NCBI GenBank assembly: GCA_040285855.1 | Contig: JAUFOQ010000001.1 | Span: 3,100,001 to 3,164,000 of the forward strand | Reading direction: 5' to 3' | DNA length: 64,000 bases | From: Eukaryota sp. GEM-RC1 | Lineage: Eukaryota | In this document: positions 39,062 to 50,720 of the stretch, one piece after another | How the letters are laid out: each line of letters starts with the position of its first letter | Numbering within the stretch: position 1 is the first letter of the stretch | Made by a program: the position numbers and the translations under genes | Notes under the pieces: model-generated | What the model saw: only the letters and a program-made list of their open reading frames with translations | Told to the model about the DNA's origin: nothing | Databases searched by the model: none

Positions 39062-42000
39062 TTAATTATTCAGATAAAGCAAAAACTGATTTGTCAGTTT
39101 TGACCAAGTGATGGGTTTGGCTCTCATAAAGTTGTTGATGACACCTTCCATTAAACCTTTGTCACAAAGAAAATTAATGAAATCAACAGTCAATTTACAC
39201 TGGTAATCAAGTTGAATGGAAGGGTCAAAAATTTTAGACAATATAAGGCCAAAGAACTTGGACAATAGCTTAAGAAGTGGGTATAAAGAACCAAAAGGAA
39301 TATCAAATCTCCAAGATTTAACTTGACAAAATACCTGAAATAGAGATTGAAAACTTGCCATTTTTACCAATAAATCAGGTGATAGATTTAATCTGAAAAT
39401 ACCTTGAAAACCATCTCCAAAGTGAGTATGATGCCGGAAATATTCTTCATCCTGAGAACAAAATTCCCTCAAAGACGACTTTAAGTAGGGGAAATATGAC
39501 ATCATCACGACAATGAATGATGTTATCAATAACAGTATCACTATCAAATTCAAACAATTCTTCCAAGTCACACAGTTGGACAACTTGCTTTAAACTTGTA
39601 ACAAGACAAGAGGAAGTAGAAAAGGAACAAGCAGTAGTAGAGAACTTCCATTTAGTTAAAGCAGGGAAAAGGTACGAATAACTTGGGGGTAACTTACACA
39701 AAAGACTGAACATATTTTCAAAAGGAGTATTAATAACGACAGTACTTTCCAATTTTGATTCTGTTTTTGGGATCTTGTAATCAAAAGAAACTTGTGGGGT
39801 AGATTGCAGAAAGTCAATATTTAAATATTTCTGCTTAAATGTTTCGTCCTTCAACATGAGTCGTTCAAGAAGAAATAACTGATTTAGATTTGTAATTGAA
39901 AATATCATATGGGAGTATTTTCGAGAACCTTTAACAGAACAAGTTATTAAAGAATTGAAATTTTTAAAAATTACCAGCTCATTATAATCACAGTGCTTTT
40001 GTGAGAATAATAAAGCAAATGTCAACAACATTTGCCAAAGGATAACAAGATGATTGATTGTTCACGACTACAATTTTTAAAAAATCATTACGATAGATAA
40101 CGTCATCTGGATTGACCGGTAACATGGGGTCTACAAAACTGATTGATTGACTTTGACCTACAAGATTTTGACATTGAATTAATCTACAAACATCTGATGA
40201 GACTTGTGCATTTGGAATTGAAAATGATTGGGGTCTCACGTCATCGCTATGATTTTTTAAAAATTCTAGAGATCCACGTGCTATTTTATAGGAATTACTT
40301 GAATGGTGTTTTAAAGATTTGGGAAGTTTCAGCTCATTCAACCAACGGTTCCACTTTGATCTTACAGTTTTTGGACATTTTTGAAATTTTTCATCACTGA
40401 AAAACAGTGGAAATTCCTTTTGGAGAAATGAAGAACGATCAATAAAAGACTCTAACCTGGAAACAAAGAAGAAAGAACCAAAATCGGTTAAAGTACATTC
40501 TGTAGAAACGAATTCTTTGATGACGTCATCATTCATAAAGAGCTCAACGATAGAGGAAGGAAGGACGTGGTCAGGCTTAATTCCAACCTGTAAAGTGCAA
40601 GTGTCTGTAACTAAGAACATAGTATCAACAATCATAACAACAGACTGTACCAGAATTAAAACTCTGGGATTTTTAGATGGTATAGAATTTAAAAATTTGG
40701 ATAATGAAGGATGGTTTTGATCACATGACGTATCGATACAATCAAAAAACATCTCGTCATCATTGCCGTTTGGAGAATCACCACAGTCTGATTGGTCTGC
40801 TCTGACTGGAGGTTTGATTGATTTATCGTTATCACTTGCCTTTGACGAAAAACCACGTGATGCTGACGACACTACTGGAGTTATGACACTCTGTTTCGAA
40901 TGAAGGAACTGTGAAACAAAGTCAATTACTAAACCATCAAGAATATCCTGAATACAAAAAAGTTTACCAGTACCATTGAACATTGCCTCAGAAACAACCA
41001 AATCATTGACTTTTGTTGAGTCAATCCTGAGATTCAAAACCAAGAGATTATGTAGCACAAGAAGGGTGAAATTACGAAACTTATTTGGTTCCCTCAACAA
41101 TGATAAAACTTCTAGTTTCTTATATCTATCATTCTCATTCAAAGATTTTAGGCACTCAAGAAGAGCTTTTAAGCAGTTTTCAACGACACTTACTGGGTTT
41201 GAGTAATCAAATGACGAGTGTTGAACAGACTCAAAGATAGACTTGTTGTTGTTATGAGACACAAAAGAGTAGATAAAGTGAGCAAACAGAGATAAATAAC
41301 TGTTGAAAAGAAAAGATGGACGTTGATGGAACTCGTCACATGAAATAAGAAAGTGATTAGCATCATGGAGATCACAACAGAAAGGTTCAATATCAGTAAG
41401 CCAACAGGTGGGATTGGTATTCTGACAAATAAGAGGTGTAATATGACGAAAAGCAAAGGTTTCACTTAAATTCAACTGAATCAGATCATAAGGTGACGAA
41501 GACAAGAAACAACAAGGATGATCAACTGGGATAAGAACTGAATCGAATTTCTTAACAAGACTTAGGTGATGATAAAAGGCGATACCAAAGACAGATAGTA
41601 TATCAATGTAGACTTGTTCACCACTTTCTATATCAAGTGAAACAGTGATCGGGGTGAGGCCAAGGGCATCAAATATGGACCATGCCTTCTTACGTTTCTT
41701 AAGATTAAGTTTTGTACCAGATCGGCGTAGATTGATGACTTTAATCTGGTTAAGATTCTCTGAAACAGAAATCAAAGGATCAATAGTGACATTAAGAACT
41801 CTGTTGAGAGTTTTGATATCTGGAGGCGATGAATGTACCTTGGTTATGTGATGAGAGAGAAGGAGATCCTGAAGTTCAGTATGAAGAGGAGCATCAATGT
41901 AGATGACGAGAACTACGTCAGGAGTACTGAGGAGAAGAACATGTAACTTTGAAGCGAGTTTGACAGCAATGAAAGGAGAATCCGAAGCGATGCTTTGCTT

Positions 42001-42102
42001 GAGTACTGCGGTGTATTGAGATATTGTTGTGTAAGAATCAGACAATGAGAAAGTGATCACTGAAATGGGAGGTAACTCCTGGAAAAACTGGTGGTGTTTC
42101 AA
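39062..42102 (-). CDS. Large (~1000 aa) protein with two degenerate DnaQ/WRN-type 3'-5' exonuclease-like segments; two +1 frameshifts; start codon unresolved
   Basis: Three overlapping ORFs. LLLSTPDVVLVIYI..LHTELQDLLLSHHITKV and FLVTDTCTLQV..LPSSIVELFMNDDVIK resemble the LQLAT..lP..L..ll.d..i.KV core, but no catalytic DxE is visible. The frame stays open without an ATG to ~42275. Confidence 0.5.
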
Positions 42103-42369
42103 ATCTGCCAGATTGGTGGGAGGATGTGATGCTAAACTTACAGCGTCGTCATCGGAGTCAGAAGAGTCTGAAAGGTACAGCTTGAAATAAGAACTGTTGA
42201 GATAGTGCCTACAATTGATTTTTAAATGTTGGAAATCTTGCCATCCAAACTTCTGATCACGATTGTTGGAATGAAACTAACAGAACGGTCACATGGAAGA
42301 TCTTACATGAAGTATTTGGTTGCAGTAGTATGTAACTTTGCTATTTTTTGGTTATACCAAAGGTGTTTT

Positions 42370-42510
42370 TCTTCCTTCAGAAAAAGATATTGATTCTGGA
42401 TATGGTAATGCACCTGAAATTAAAGTGAGTAGAGATTGTGTGGTAATATTCCTAAATAGACTTCGCTGCGCTTCGGAGAAATTTTTGGACTGGGCTTGAA
42501 GTAACTACAG
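42370..42510 (+). mobile_element. PIF/Harbinger transposase-like remnant
   Basis: PSEKDIDSGYGNAP...NRLRCASEKF(F)GL matches the DxGY and R..vE..FG.LK motifs. Confidence 0.4.
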
Positions 42511-43146
42511 TATGAAACCACACTCACTTATAACAGATGATCCGTGAATAACTTGTTCCCGAAATGCAAGGTTAGAATATTGTGAATGATAATCATATGT
42601 GTGTCCTACTGCTCACATAGGATATAGTGAAACATAAGATTGTAATGATAACAAGAGTTTCTGTCTCATTATTCGTTAGCATAATACAATTTTCAATATT
42701 GTCATGGGAAATTTTTGTGGAAGACTCTCATCTGCTAGTATAACTTAACACTTTCAAAAATCCATCATTATACAAAGGATTTATATACAAATGCAAAATG
42801 AAAACGTAACATTCCACAGATTATTCTCAATCAGCAATACGGTATATTATCTTGTACGAAACTGTTAGTCAGATTTTTTTCTTAACATGCGAAAATTGTG
42901 ACGTAGTTAAACCAAATCATTCGCTCTTTCAGCAGTATTTTAATTTCTAAGTGTATTATGAATAAAACAAAAATGTTCCACATTCAGAATCCTATGTAAG
43001 TAGAAGACACAACTTTCAGTTTAATCATCTGATCAGTGGCTTAAACCACCGTAAGTTTGAAGTGTGGTAGAGCTATATAGTCTCCAGTAATCCCCCCTGT
43101 CGAAAGCAACACCAGAAGTTCTGATCCAAGTTCTGATCCCAAAGAG

Positions 43147-43230
43147 CAGACCTGCTTCAAATGCCATCGTCCAGGTCATTATGCTCATGACTGTCCTGGT
43201 CCGAAACATGAAATCAACATGATACGAGTT
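43147..43230 (+). mobile_element. Gag zinc-knuckle remnant
   Basis: QTCFKCHRPGHYAHDCP is a CX2CX4HX4C knuckle. Confidence 0.7.
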
Positions 43231-43408
43231 GATAATGGCAGCTTTCTGAATCCTCTAAAAAAACTAAGGAGATGTAGTGTTGATAATGATGATGTATGAT
43301 GACGTGGATCATCACATCTATAATTAGCTGGGTTTTCTTCTTTATAAATCTCTTTCCCTTGTTAAAACTTGCTTTGAGCAACAAGTTGTGGAAATTTACA
43401 AGTTTTCT

Positions 43409-43805
43409 TTGAGAAAAGATGTTCCATCACGCTGGTCGTCTACTTATTTGATGATTAATGCCTATCTAAAGCATCATGGAGCCATTGACTCGATAATCGT
43501 GGAGTCAGAGGACTAGCGACTTCTATACTCACAAGATTCAGCAAACGAGAAAATTGCGTTCTACATTTTTTTGAAAAAAATGTATTCAGCTACAAAAGGG
43601 TTGTCAAAAAACACATCAAAGTCCATCAATTTCCACAGTTGATATGGTGTTCACTGGACTGGAAAAGCCTCTTGAAAGTGATCAAGCTGTAAATCCGAAC
43701 AGATGTTGGTTTGTTAACCATTTAGAGTAGATGCAAATGTATCTGAGAAGAGTACAAAACGGAAATCTATACAGTTGAGTCTATTTGGATCCACGATTCA
43801 AAAAC
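43409..43805 (+). mobile_element. hAT transposase remnant
   Basis: LRKDVPSRWSSTYLMI (DV.TRWNST motif) and YLDPRFK at ~43782. Confidence 0.8.
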
Positions 43806-44989
43806 ACTAACACTCATCATACATTGCAAATTATTTGCCATTTTTGAAGAATGTAGTCCTGACGGAGATCCAGCTGCTGCTCAAGAAGTTTCTAATGTTG
43901 ATAAGCTACTCGGGTTTATTGTCTAGAATTAGATACTTCAAGTTTTGAGACTTGATATGATACCCTACTTTCCAAATGCACATACTGATGAAGCTAGGCG
44001 AATTACAGCCTCCGACCTTGATGAATTTCTTGTTTGCTCTATTGAACACACTGTCATGCAATATGGCCAGTTTTGTTTAGATTTTTTTTAGATTTTTTCG
44101 CTAATGACGTTAAATCCTGGCAACCTATAGACCATACGTCCCAATTAGAATATAAAAAATAGCACATGTAGTTGTTGAATGAAGGAATTAGTGTTCAAAT
44201 TGAAATCACATTTTTTTAAATGAAAGAACTAGTGATCAGAATCCAAATCTTAAGCTGTATCAATGGTAATAAGCAACACAAATCTATTTCTCACAGATAG
44301 GATCTCATATCTACTCTGGAGAGTCTGACAACGGTGATAAAAAGAGTACGTTAAGAGAAAGAGGAAGATTGACAGAGATTTAGTGTTGTGATCGACTTTG
44401 TACCGCATCCTTGAGAACAACTGTATCGCAAAAACATTAGTTGATGATTATTACTGTTGGAAACGAGACGCAAATGTAAAACTTGTGATCCATGAAGAAG
44501 TTTTGTAATGATTGTTACAACAACAATCACAAAGACACCAATATCATGTGACTGTACAAGTGATCCAAAGGAGCGTCATTAGAGTTACTCTAAAAACTGA
44601 AAACAAATGAATTCCAGTAGGAGATGATTACATCATCAAAGTAAATAATGTAAAACTCTACAAATAGAAGAGGAGATCGACAGCGAAAGTTGCATGCCCT
44701 TGTCAAATACAAGGAAAAAAAACAAGGATTCATTTGAGAAGAAATTAGTTTAAAGAGACGAAAGTAAGGGAAATTGTCAGTAAAGGTGGACGTACGACAA
44801 AGCGTCAACGTAAGTGATAGTTAATAGCCAATAAAACAACGAAAAGAGCAAGAACTACAAGTAAACAACTGGTTTGTCCATCCGTCAAGAAACTGAACAA
44901 GTTTGTTCAAGGCACACGACTTACTTTCTAGAAGTACCACCGAGACTCATAGTAAGAATCTAACAAGGACATCAAAGTGAATACCTCAA

Positions 44990-45030
44990 ATGTCATCTCG
45001 TCAAATGCTCATCAATCTTGTCATGTCACT
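44990..45030 (+). promoter_or_regulatory. TGTCA-rich upstream module of cyclin copy 3
   Basis: GTCATGTCACT at 45020-45030. Also perfect at 37757-37767 (copy 2, minus strand). Confidence 0.5.
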
Positions 45031-45086
45031 CTCTCTACAAATTCTACACCATCAAACCCAAGGATGTATTTCCTGAAGTCTTGCTC

Positions 45087-45587
45087 ATGCCTTTTGTTGT
45101 TAATGACAATGTCACTTCTATCTCCGATGATTGCTTCTATTCTGTTGTCTCCGTCGCATCAACCATTCTGGACTCAATGCTCGACGCTATTCCCGATAGT
45201 ACTCCCCAGTATTTTAGTTCTGAACCCAAAGTTTCCTTGTCAGTTTGGATCAAGCGATTGCTGTCCAAAAGCCAAAGTACCTTGGAATGTGCTTTCCTTG
45301 CGCTTTTCTACCTCAACAAACTCCAAAAGTCCTTTCCCCATCTTCGCTTCACTGAAGTCAATGTTCGTCGTTTGTATCTGGTTGCTTTCATGCTTGCTTT
45401 CAAGTATCTTGAAGATGAGAACTACACCAATTCAAGTTGGTCTATTATTGGGTTCTCTCATTATTCAACTGATGTCCTCAATGCAATGGAAAGTGAAATG
45501 CTTTCTCTTTTGGATTGGAACTTGTTCGTTTCCACTGAGTCTCTTCAACAGTTTCTTTCTCCATTTGCTGCCTCAATTACTATTTAA
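45087..45587 (+). CDS. Pho80/cyclin-U cyclin, copy 3 (intact, 166 aa)
   Basis: Cyclin box as in copies 1 and 2. Confidence 0.9.
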   Translation: MPFVVNDNVTSISDDCFYSVVSVASTILDSMLDAIPDSTPQYFSSEPKVSLSVWIKRLLSKSQSTLECAFLALFYLNKLQKSFPHLRFTEVNVRRLYLVAFMLAFKYLEDENYTNSSWSIIGFSHYSTDVLNAMESEMLSLLDWNLFVSTESLQQFLSPFAASITI

Positions 45588-45850
45588 TTCTGATGAATTG
45601 TCTTCATTGTATTATAAATATCTATATTTTCGTTGTTGTTTTAGTTGAGTTATGTATGTTGTCTTTACTGGGGATTGATTATACTAATTGATTCTGTTGG
45701 TTCTTGTTGAAGTTTCATTTCAATTGATTGTTCTTGGATTTCGATTATGGATAATACAAGGGGTTTGTGTATAATGCCAGGGATAATGCATCACATCAAA
45801 TCACTAGATCAATTCATCATAAAACAAAGTAATAAAGTGCCAATAATCAA

Positions 45851-46617
45851 GAGGCAACCTAAATATACAACTAAATATACATAAATTCACAAAACTGACT
45901 AAATGCACAAAAGACAAACACGACAATTCTTGATGACGTTTGGAGTTTCCTTCCTCCTCCTGTTCTTTAATCTGCTTCTTCTATAATTGTCTTTCTTATG
46001 TCTGTCCCCCTTAGCAACTGTTCCTCCCTTGTTTGTGTTTGATACTAAAGACGAGCTGCGGACTTTTTGAGGCAACATGACACAATGGAAGAACTTGCTC
46101 TAGAAGAAATGATGACGCTGAACTTCCTAGACATAGGGCAAGAACAGAAAACTAGGTTATAGCTACATGTAGAGTGTTTTGGCACTTTTCTTCTTCCAGT
46201 TCAAATAAACCACTTTGCTGTCATTCTATGTAACCATAACACACATCGTTCATCTGAATTCGAAATCCACATGCTTCAGGATATCAAGCTTGTTAGTGGC
46301 ATCTCAAAGCCCAAAAAGTTGTTTAAGCAGAACACTTCCTCCACGTTGCCATGGGATATGCTCTTTGGGGATACATCTCTGACTACGTTTCTTCGCAAAT
46401 GTTGTTATGGATGATCTACACACTAACTTCATTCGGAGATGAGATTCTACTTGCCATTTTGCTGTGGGAAAGTGTTTTCAATCACATGTGATTGCACTTC
46501 AGCAATCACAGATTTATGACCTGATGATATATTTTTGTCGTACGACAAAAAATTGTCGTGTTGGTCTTTTGTATATTTATCCATTTTGTATATTTAGTTG
46601 TATATTTAGGTTGCCTC
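45851..46617. mobile_element. Non-autonomous DNA transposon (767 bp) with long TIRs and a perfect 8-bp TSD
   Basis: Perfect 31-bp TIR GAGGCAACCTAAATATACAACTAAATATACA, with imperfect similarity extending further in. TSD ATAATCAA at 45843-45850 and 46618-46625. Copy 1 has the empty site (~6492-6499). Confidence 0.93.
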
Positions 46618-46741
46618 ATAATCAAACGATCATTAAACGAAGAGTCATTCGATATCACAAATTAAGAACAAAGCTTCTACACATGTAACAACTACGTTCG
46701 TTGAAGATTGCAAGGCAGAAGAAGTAACATCGATCACTGAT

Positions 46742-46776
46742 CATGTCAATGTCTCTCACTTGTTCGTCATGTCACT
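46742..46776 (+). promoter_or_regulatory. TGTCA-rich upstream module of CCCH copy 3
   Basis: GTCATGTCACT at 46766-46776. Also perfect at 36704-36714 (copy 2, minus strand). Confidence 0.5.
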
Positions 46777-46822
46777 ACTTTCTTAAGAACAATGGAGCAA
46801 ACCTTACAGTTATTATCTCTAC

Positions 46823-47317
46823 ATGTCATTCCGAAGAGTCTCTACTTGTTCTGTCTTCTCTCCATCAAAGGCGAAGAATGTTTCGAATCGTCTTGAAAAG
46901 AAAATTTCTCATCAAACTCTGTACAAAACCGAAATGTGTCGTCTGCTTCTAGAAAACGGCCATTGTCACTTTGGTAAGAGCTGTAACTTTGCTCACACTG
47001 AGTCCGAACTTCGTCCAAAGATGTGCCATCCTCGATTCAAAACTGAAAACTGTAAATCTTTCCATGACAAGGGGTATTGTCCTTATGGCTCTCGTTGTCC
47101 CTTCAGTCATGCAGTGAATTCCGAACCTTCGTCTTCCGTGACCACTAATTGTCCTTCCGTTTGTATTTCTTCCAAAAGTAAGTTAATTATCTTACCAGAT
47201 CCTCAGACTGATAACCATGTCTTGGGTCTGTCAGAACCCAAGTCAAACATCAAAAGACTGCCAATTTTTCAAAGTCTTTGTAGGAGAATTATTGACTCTG
47301 GTTGTACAGTTATTTAG
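46823..47317 (+). CDS. Tristetraprolin-like tandem CCCH protein, copy 3
   Basis: 164 aa. Finger 2 carries an R-to-P change (CPFSH vs CRFSH). Confidence 0.92.
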   Translation: MSFRRVSTCSVFSPSKAKNVSNRLEKKISHQTLYKTEMCRLLLENGHCHFGKSCNFAHTESELRPKMCHPRFKTENCKSFHDKGYCPYGSRCPFSHAVNSEPSSSVTTNCPSVCISSKSKLIILPDPQTDNHVLGLSEPKSNIKRLPIFQSLCRRIIDSGCTVI

Positions 47318-47799
47318 ATCAATTGTGTTATGTGATTGTATTTGTAAACTAATTGTATTTTAAAAACTCTTAATTCAGTGTTCTTTGATAGACTTAACTG
47401 CTCTGATGTTCAATCAATTCTTCAATTTTTCCAAAAGTTGATCTCTTCGAAGTTGGTAATATCACGTTTGTGAAAAAAACGAATCATTGATTGACATTAA
47501 TCTCACATACTCCTCTCTGCAATAACATCACATTTACACATTATTCTTACCATTCTTAGGGAAAACGCCACTGATCTTACTATTGAGGATCTCACTACCC
47601 TTTACAGTTACTGTGCTAACTCTCATCATCACGTGTTGTTAAAAGCTGGAGATGTTCTAATAGACATTGAAAAGTGATTCTTCAGGTTCCATCCAAACTT
47701 GATCACGTTGCATCTAGAGTCTCAATCATTGAGTTACCTTAGTAAATGTAGACTTGATGATCTACCTCGAGACGGACAGAAACTCAACGGATTTATCAC

Positions 47800-48990
47800 A
47801 ATTGGCTATTGACATGAAAGATGGTTAATACAAGGAAGGACATTTGGTCAAACTTTTTTTGTCATCTTCTATTCAATTGTGTTGCGAAAAAAAGTTTAAC
47901 ATTAGTGTTTGGAGGGGTTTTGGAGGGGTTAATTTCATTTTTGATATTGTTAATCGCTTTTCTAATGATATTTCACTTATTAACCCCAATTCATGTAAAT
48001 ATTTATTATACTTAAACGAAGCATTGATCAAATTACTTTTTGACGTTTGGTCTCAGTGTTTCCCAGAATCTGTGTCTGAAATCCCTGAAAGATGTTTGAC
48101 TAATCTTCAGTTCTGTCTGAAAAACTTACAACAGAAACTAACAAATATATTTGAAAGCTTGGATTATAGTGTTCGACTTGGCATGGCTAAGGAAAAGAAT
48201 TCCGTTTTTGCAAATTTCTTAACGGATGTTTCTAATAGCTCTGCTTCATGTCTGATTACTCAAATCCCTCAAGTTTATGGTCTTTTTCTTGATGATAACT
48301 CTTGGTCATTAAACATGCGTTTACGGTCATGTATTTGGCCTGATAACCTTCCACATAATTTGAAATGCCAAGTGGGCAATCTGTAACACCTACACATTTA
48401 TTGAATTGTAACCGTTATATTTCTTTTAGAAGTAAGGATCATGATTCATGGAATAGTTTCCTTTTTAGAACCAGTTTTAGCTGGTTTAGTTGATGATACG
48501 GATGTTGACAAATCGTTTGGAAAGAGCCGTGGTGATGTTATATTTCCTGGACTCGATTAATCTTTCATTATTACTGATGTTATGTCTATCGATGTTTGTA
48601 ATGATTCCAACAAGAAACTTGCTAAATCTAATGCTAAAAACACGCTGTTGAATGGTAAAATATTAGAAGTGGAAAAATATTGTGCTAAATTGATATTATG
48701 GGATCCTGTTTCACACTCGAATTACTTGTTGTACCCTTTTTATAATTTCACTGTACGGTTCTTTAGGTGAGTCTACAACAACATTACTTGAAATCTTTGT
48801 GAAAATTGTAAAAAAAATACATCTAGGATTTGTGATCTAAAATGTTGGAAAACATCGAAATGTGTTGCTATCTTTAAAGGTATGGCGACTTCTGTATCTA
48901 GCGCTTTATCAATTCTGGGCCGACAATAAGAGAGTAATGTAGGTGAGAATTTCCAGACAGGCAACCTGGACTTTGAGGATAATGATTATT
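47800..48990 (+). mobile_element. 5'-truncated, decayed RLE-type (CRE/R2-like) non-LTR retrotransposon
   Basis: MRLR..KCQ(C)GQSVTPTHLLNCNRYISFRSKDHD (CCHC finger plus RHD-like motif), then LEP..RGDVIFPGLD*SFIITDVMSID..EVEKY (PD-D/ExK restriction-like endonuclease). Confidence 0.7.
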
Positions 48991-49319
48991 AGATGTATGT
49001 ACACTGTAGTGTTGCTGTCAATAAGAATGAATTGGGTTTTTGGAGGGATCGTCGATATGTCGTTCAATGTTTCAGTATTTCGACGGAATTTTGAAGAAAC
49101 TGTTTGAGGTCCAAGACTATATCATGGAATAGTATTGTTAATTTTGTTTACGTCTTTAGATTTTATGGTTCTTTAAGAGATAAAACATTGTTTTTTTAAA
49201 ATGACACTCAAAACTAAAAACGCTGTCGTGTCACACTCTCGTGCTTACATAACACTGCCCTTTCTCTCTCCTTTGCTATTCTTCTTCTTAGAACTGTGAA
49301 CTGCAGACTTTAGACGTAT

Positions 49320-49540
49320 TTCTTGAATGAATTCTTTGAACTTGTCAACGTGTTGCAAATGCTCAATAGGTTCCCATGTTGAGATATCATTTTTGAAAAA
49401 ATGACTTTGGACCATAACATTCAATCTGTCTCAGTATGAGCAACTATTTCTCTTACGAGGAACTCTTCTTGGTCTAAAGCAGAATGCTTCGTGGCTTCAA
49501 TATCAGAGATATTCACATTAAAAGGATTCAGTGATTGATT
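49320..49540 (-). mobile_element. Chromodomain remnant of a Ty3/Gypsy (chromovirus-type) integrase
   Basis: ALDQEEFLVREIVAH ... DISTWEPIEHLQHVDKFKEF. Confidence 0.65.
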
Positions 49541-50607
49541 CAAATACATTATCACGAATGCGCTGCGTGAACCAAGGAGTGAACAACACTCTTCAGAGTA
49601 AAACCCGAGACATTGTGATTCATGATAGTAGTGTCTTGTAAGTCCAACAGCTTTGAGGTCTACAAATCGGGCAGTGTCAATGCGATCAGAGACGTTGATA
49701 AGGGTCCCATCCAACTTCCATTCCTAAAGGGCGTAGACCAATCTTCATAAGTTGGGCATTGTAATTTGAGTTCAGCTGTAGAATCAATAATTCCAAAAGT
49801 AAGATTGGTTGTGGCTCCACATTTGTAACCAGTGGTTGATTTCTTGGATTCACTTTTTCAAGAATTCCAACAGATCGTTGCCATGAGATTGGTGTAGGAC
49901 TGTTCTGTACATCCTCTATAAACCATGACGTTAGCATATTCCATTGAGCTGTGAGTCCTACATGAACAGAACAATAGCCAATGGACTCATCAAGTGGACA
50001 AATGGCAAATTCAGAAGAAACAGAGGTTGATTGACCTGGAAAAGGAAAGTCAACAGCATGAATACCCGAAGTAATAGTATCATAACTAGAAGATATTTGA
50101 TTATTACCAGCCGTAAAAGCTGGTTTTGGTTGGTGCAATAATCCAATAACCAGAACAACTACGCCATCAGAATTGAGGTGTGGTAATGCGTAGGAGATAT
50201 CAGGGATTGTGGCAAGGGCGTGGACACATTCATCAGTAGCAGCTAACTAATCTTGATGGGTATAACCAAGTGGCTCAGTTGCATGCAATAAACCTAGGCT
50301 GACGGTTGACGAGAGCAGACGAAACAACGGCACATCATGCCAGTACCGTGGTAGTTTGACATGAGCATAAGGACAAAGTACGACGAGAAACTTCACACCA
50401 GGCTTGGCAATTGGAGCAATAATGACACCAACCTGGTTCTAGGTAAGTTTGTATCTCATTTTGGTAAAGTGCTTCGTAACAAATCAAACCGAAATTACTA
50501 GTAGTGTAGAAAGATTCAACAAGGGACATAACATAATGTAGAAGACTTAACCAAACATGGCATCCAAACTGGCCATCTAACAAAAATAAAGCTACACTCT
50601 TCACAAC

Positions 50608-50720
50608 AATTAGTCTGAATCAGACTTATTATACATGTCCAGTGAAACAGCACCAAACAATAATTACTCTGATTCAGACTAATTAACGACTGGCAAAATT
50701 AGTCTGAATTAGAGTAATTA
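50608..50720. repeat. Three copies (forward, reverse, forward) of a quasi-palindromic 24-mer, AATTAGTCTGAATCAGAGTAATTA
   Basis: Units at 50608-50631, 50661-50684 and 50697-50720. Units 2 and 3 form a 24-bp stem with a 12-nt loop. Confidence 0.8.

Noticed and set aside
42455..42505. snRNA suggested by the Sm-like site AATTTTTGG
   Set aside because: No U1/U2/U4/U5 signature nearby. The sequence reads better as a Harbinger transposase remnant.
44990..45076. Conserved 28-aa uORF upstream of the cyclin in all three copies
   Set aside because: Differences between copies are mostly non-synonymous. The ATGs are by-products of the ATGTCA motif and may lie upstream of the TSS.
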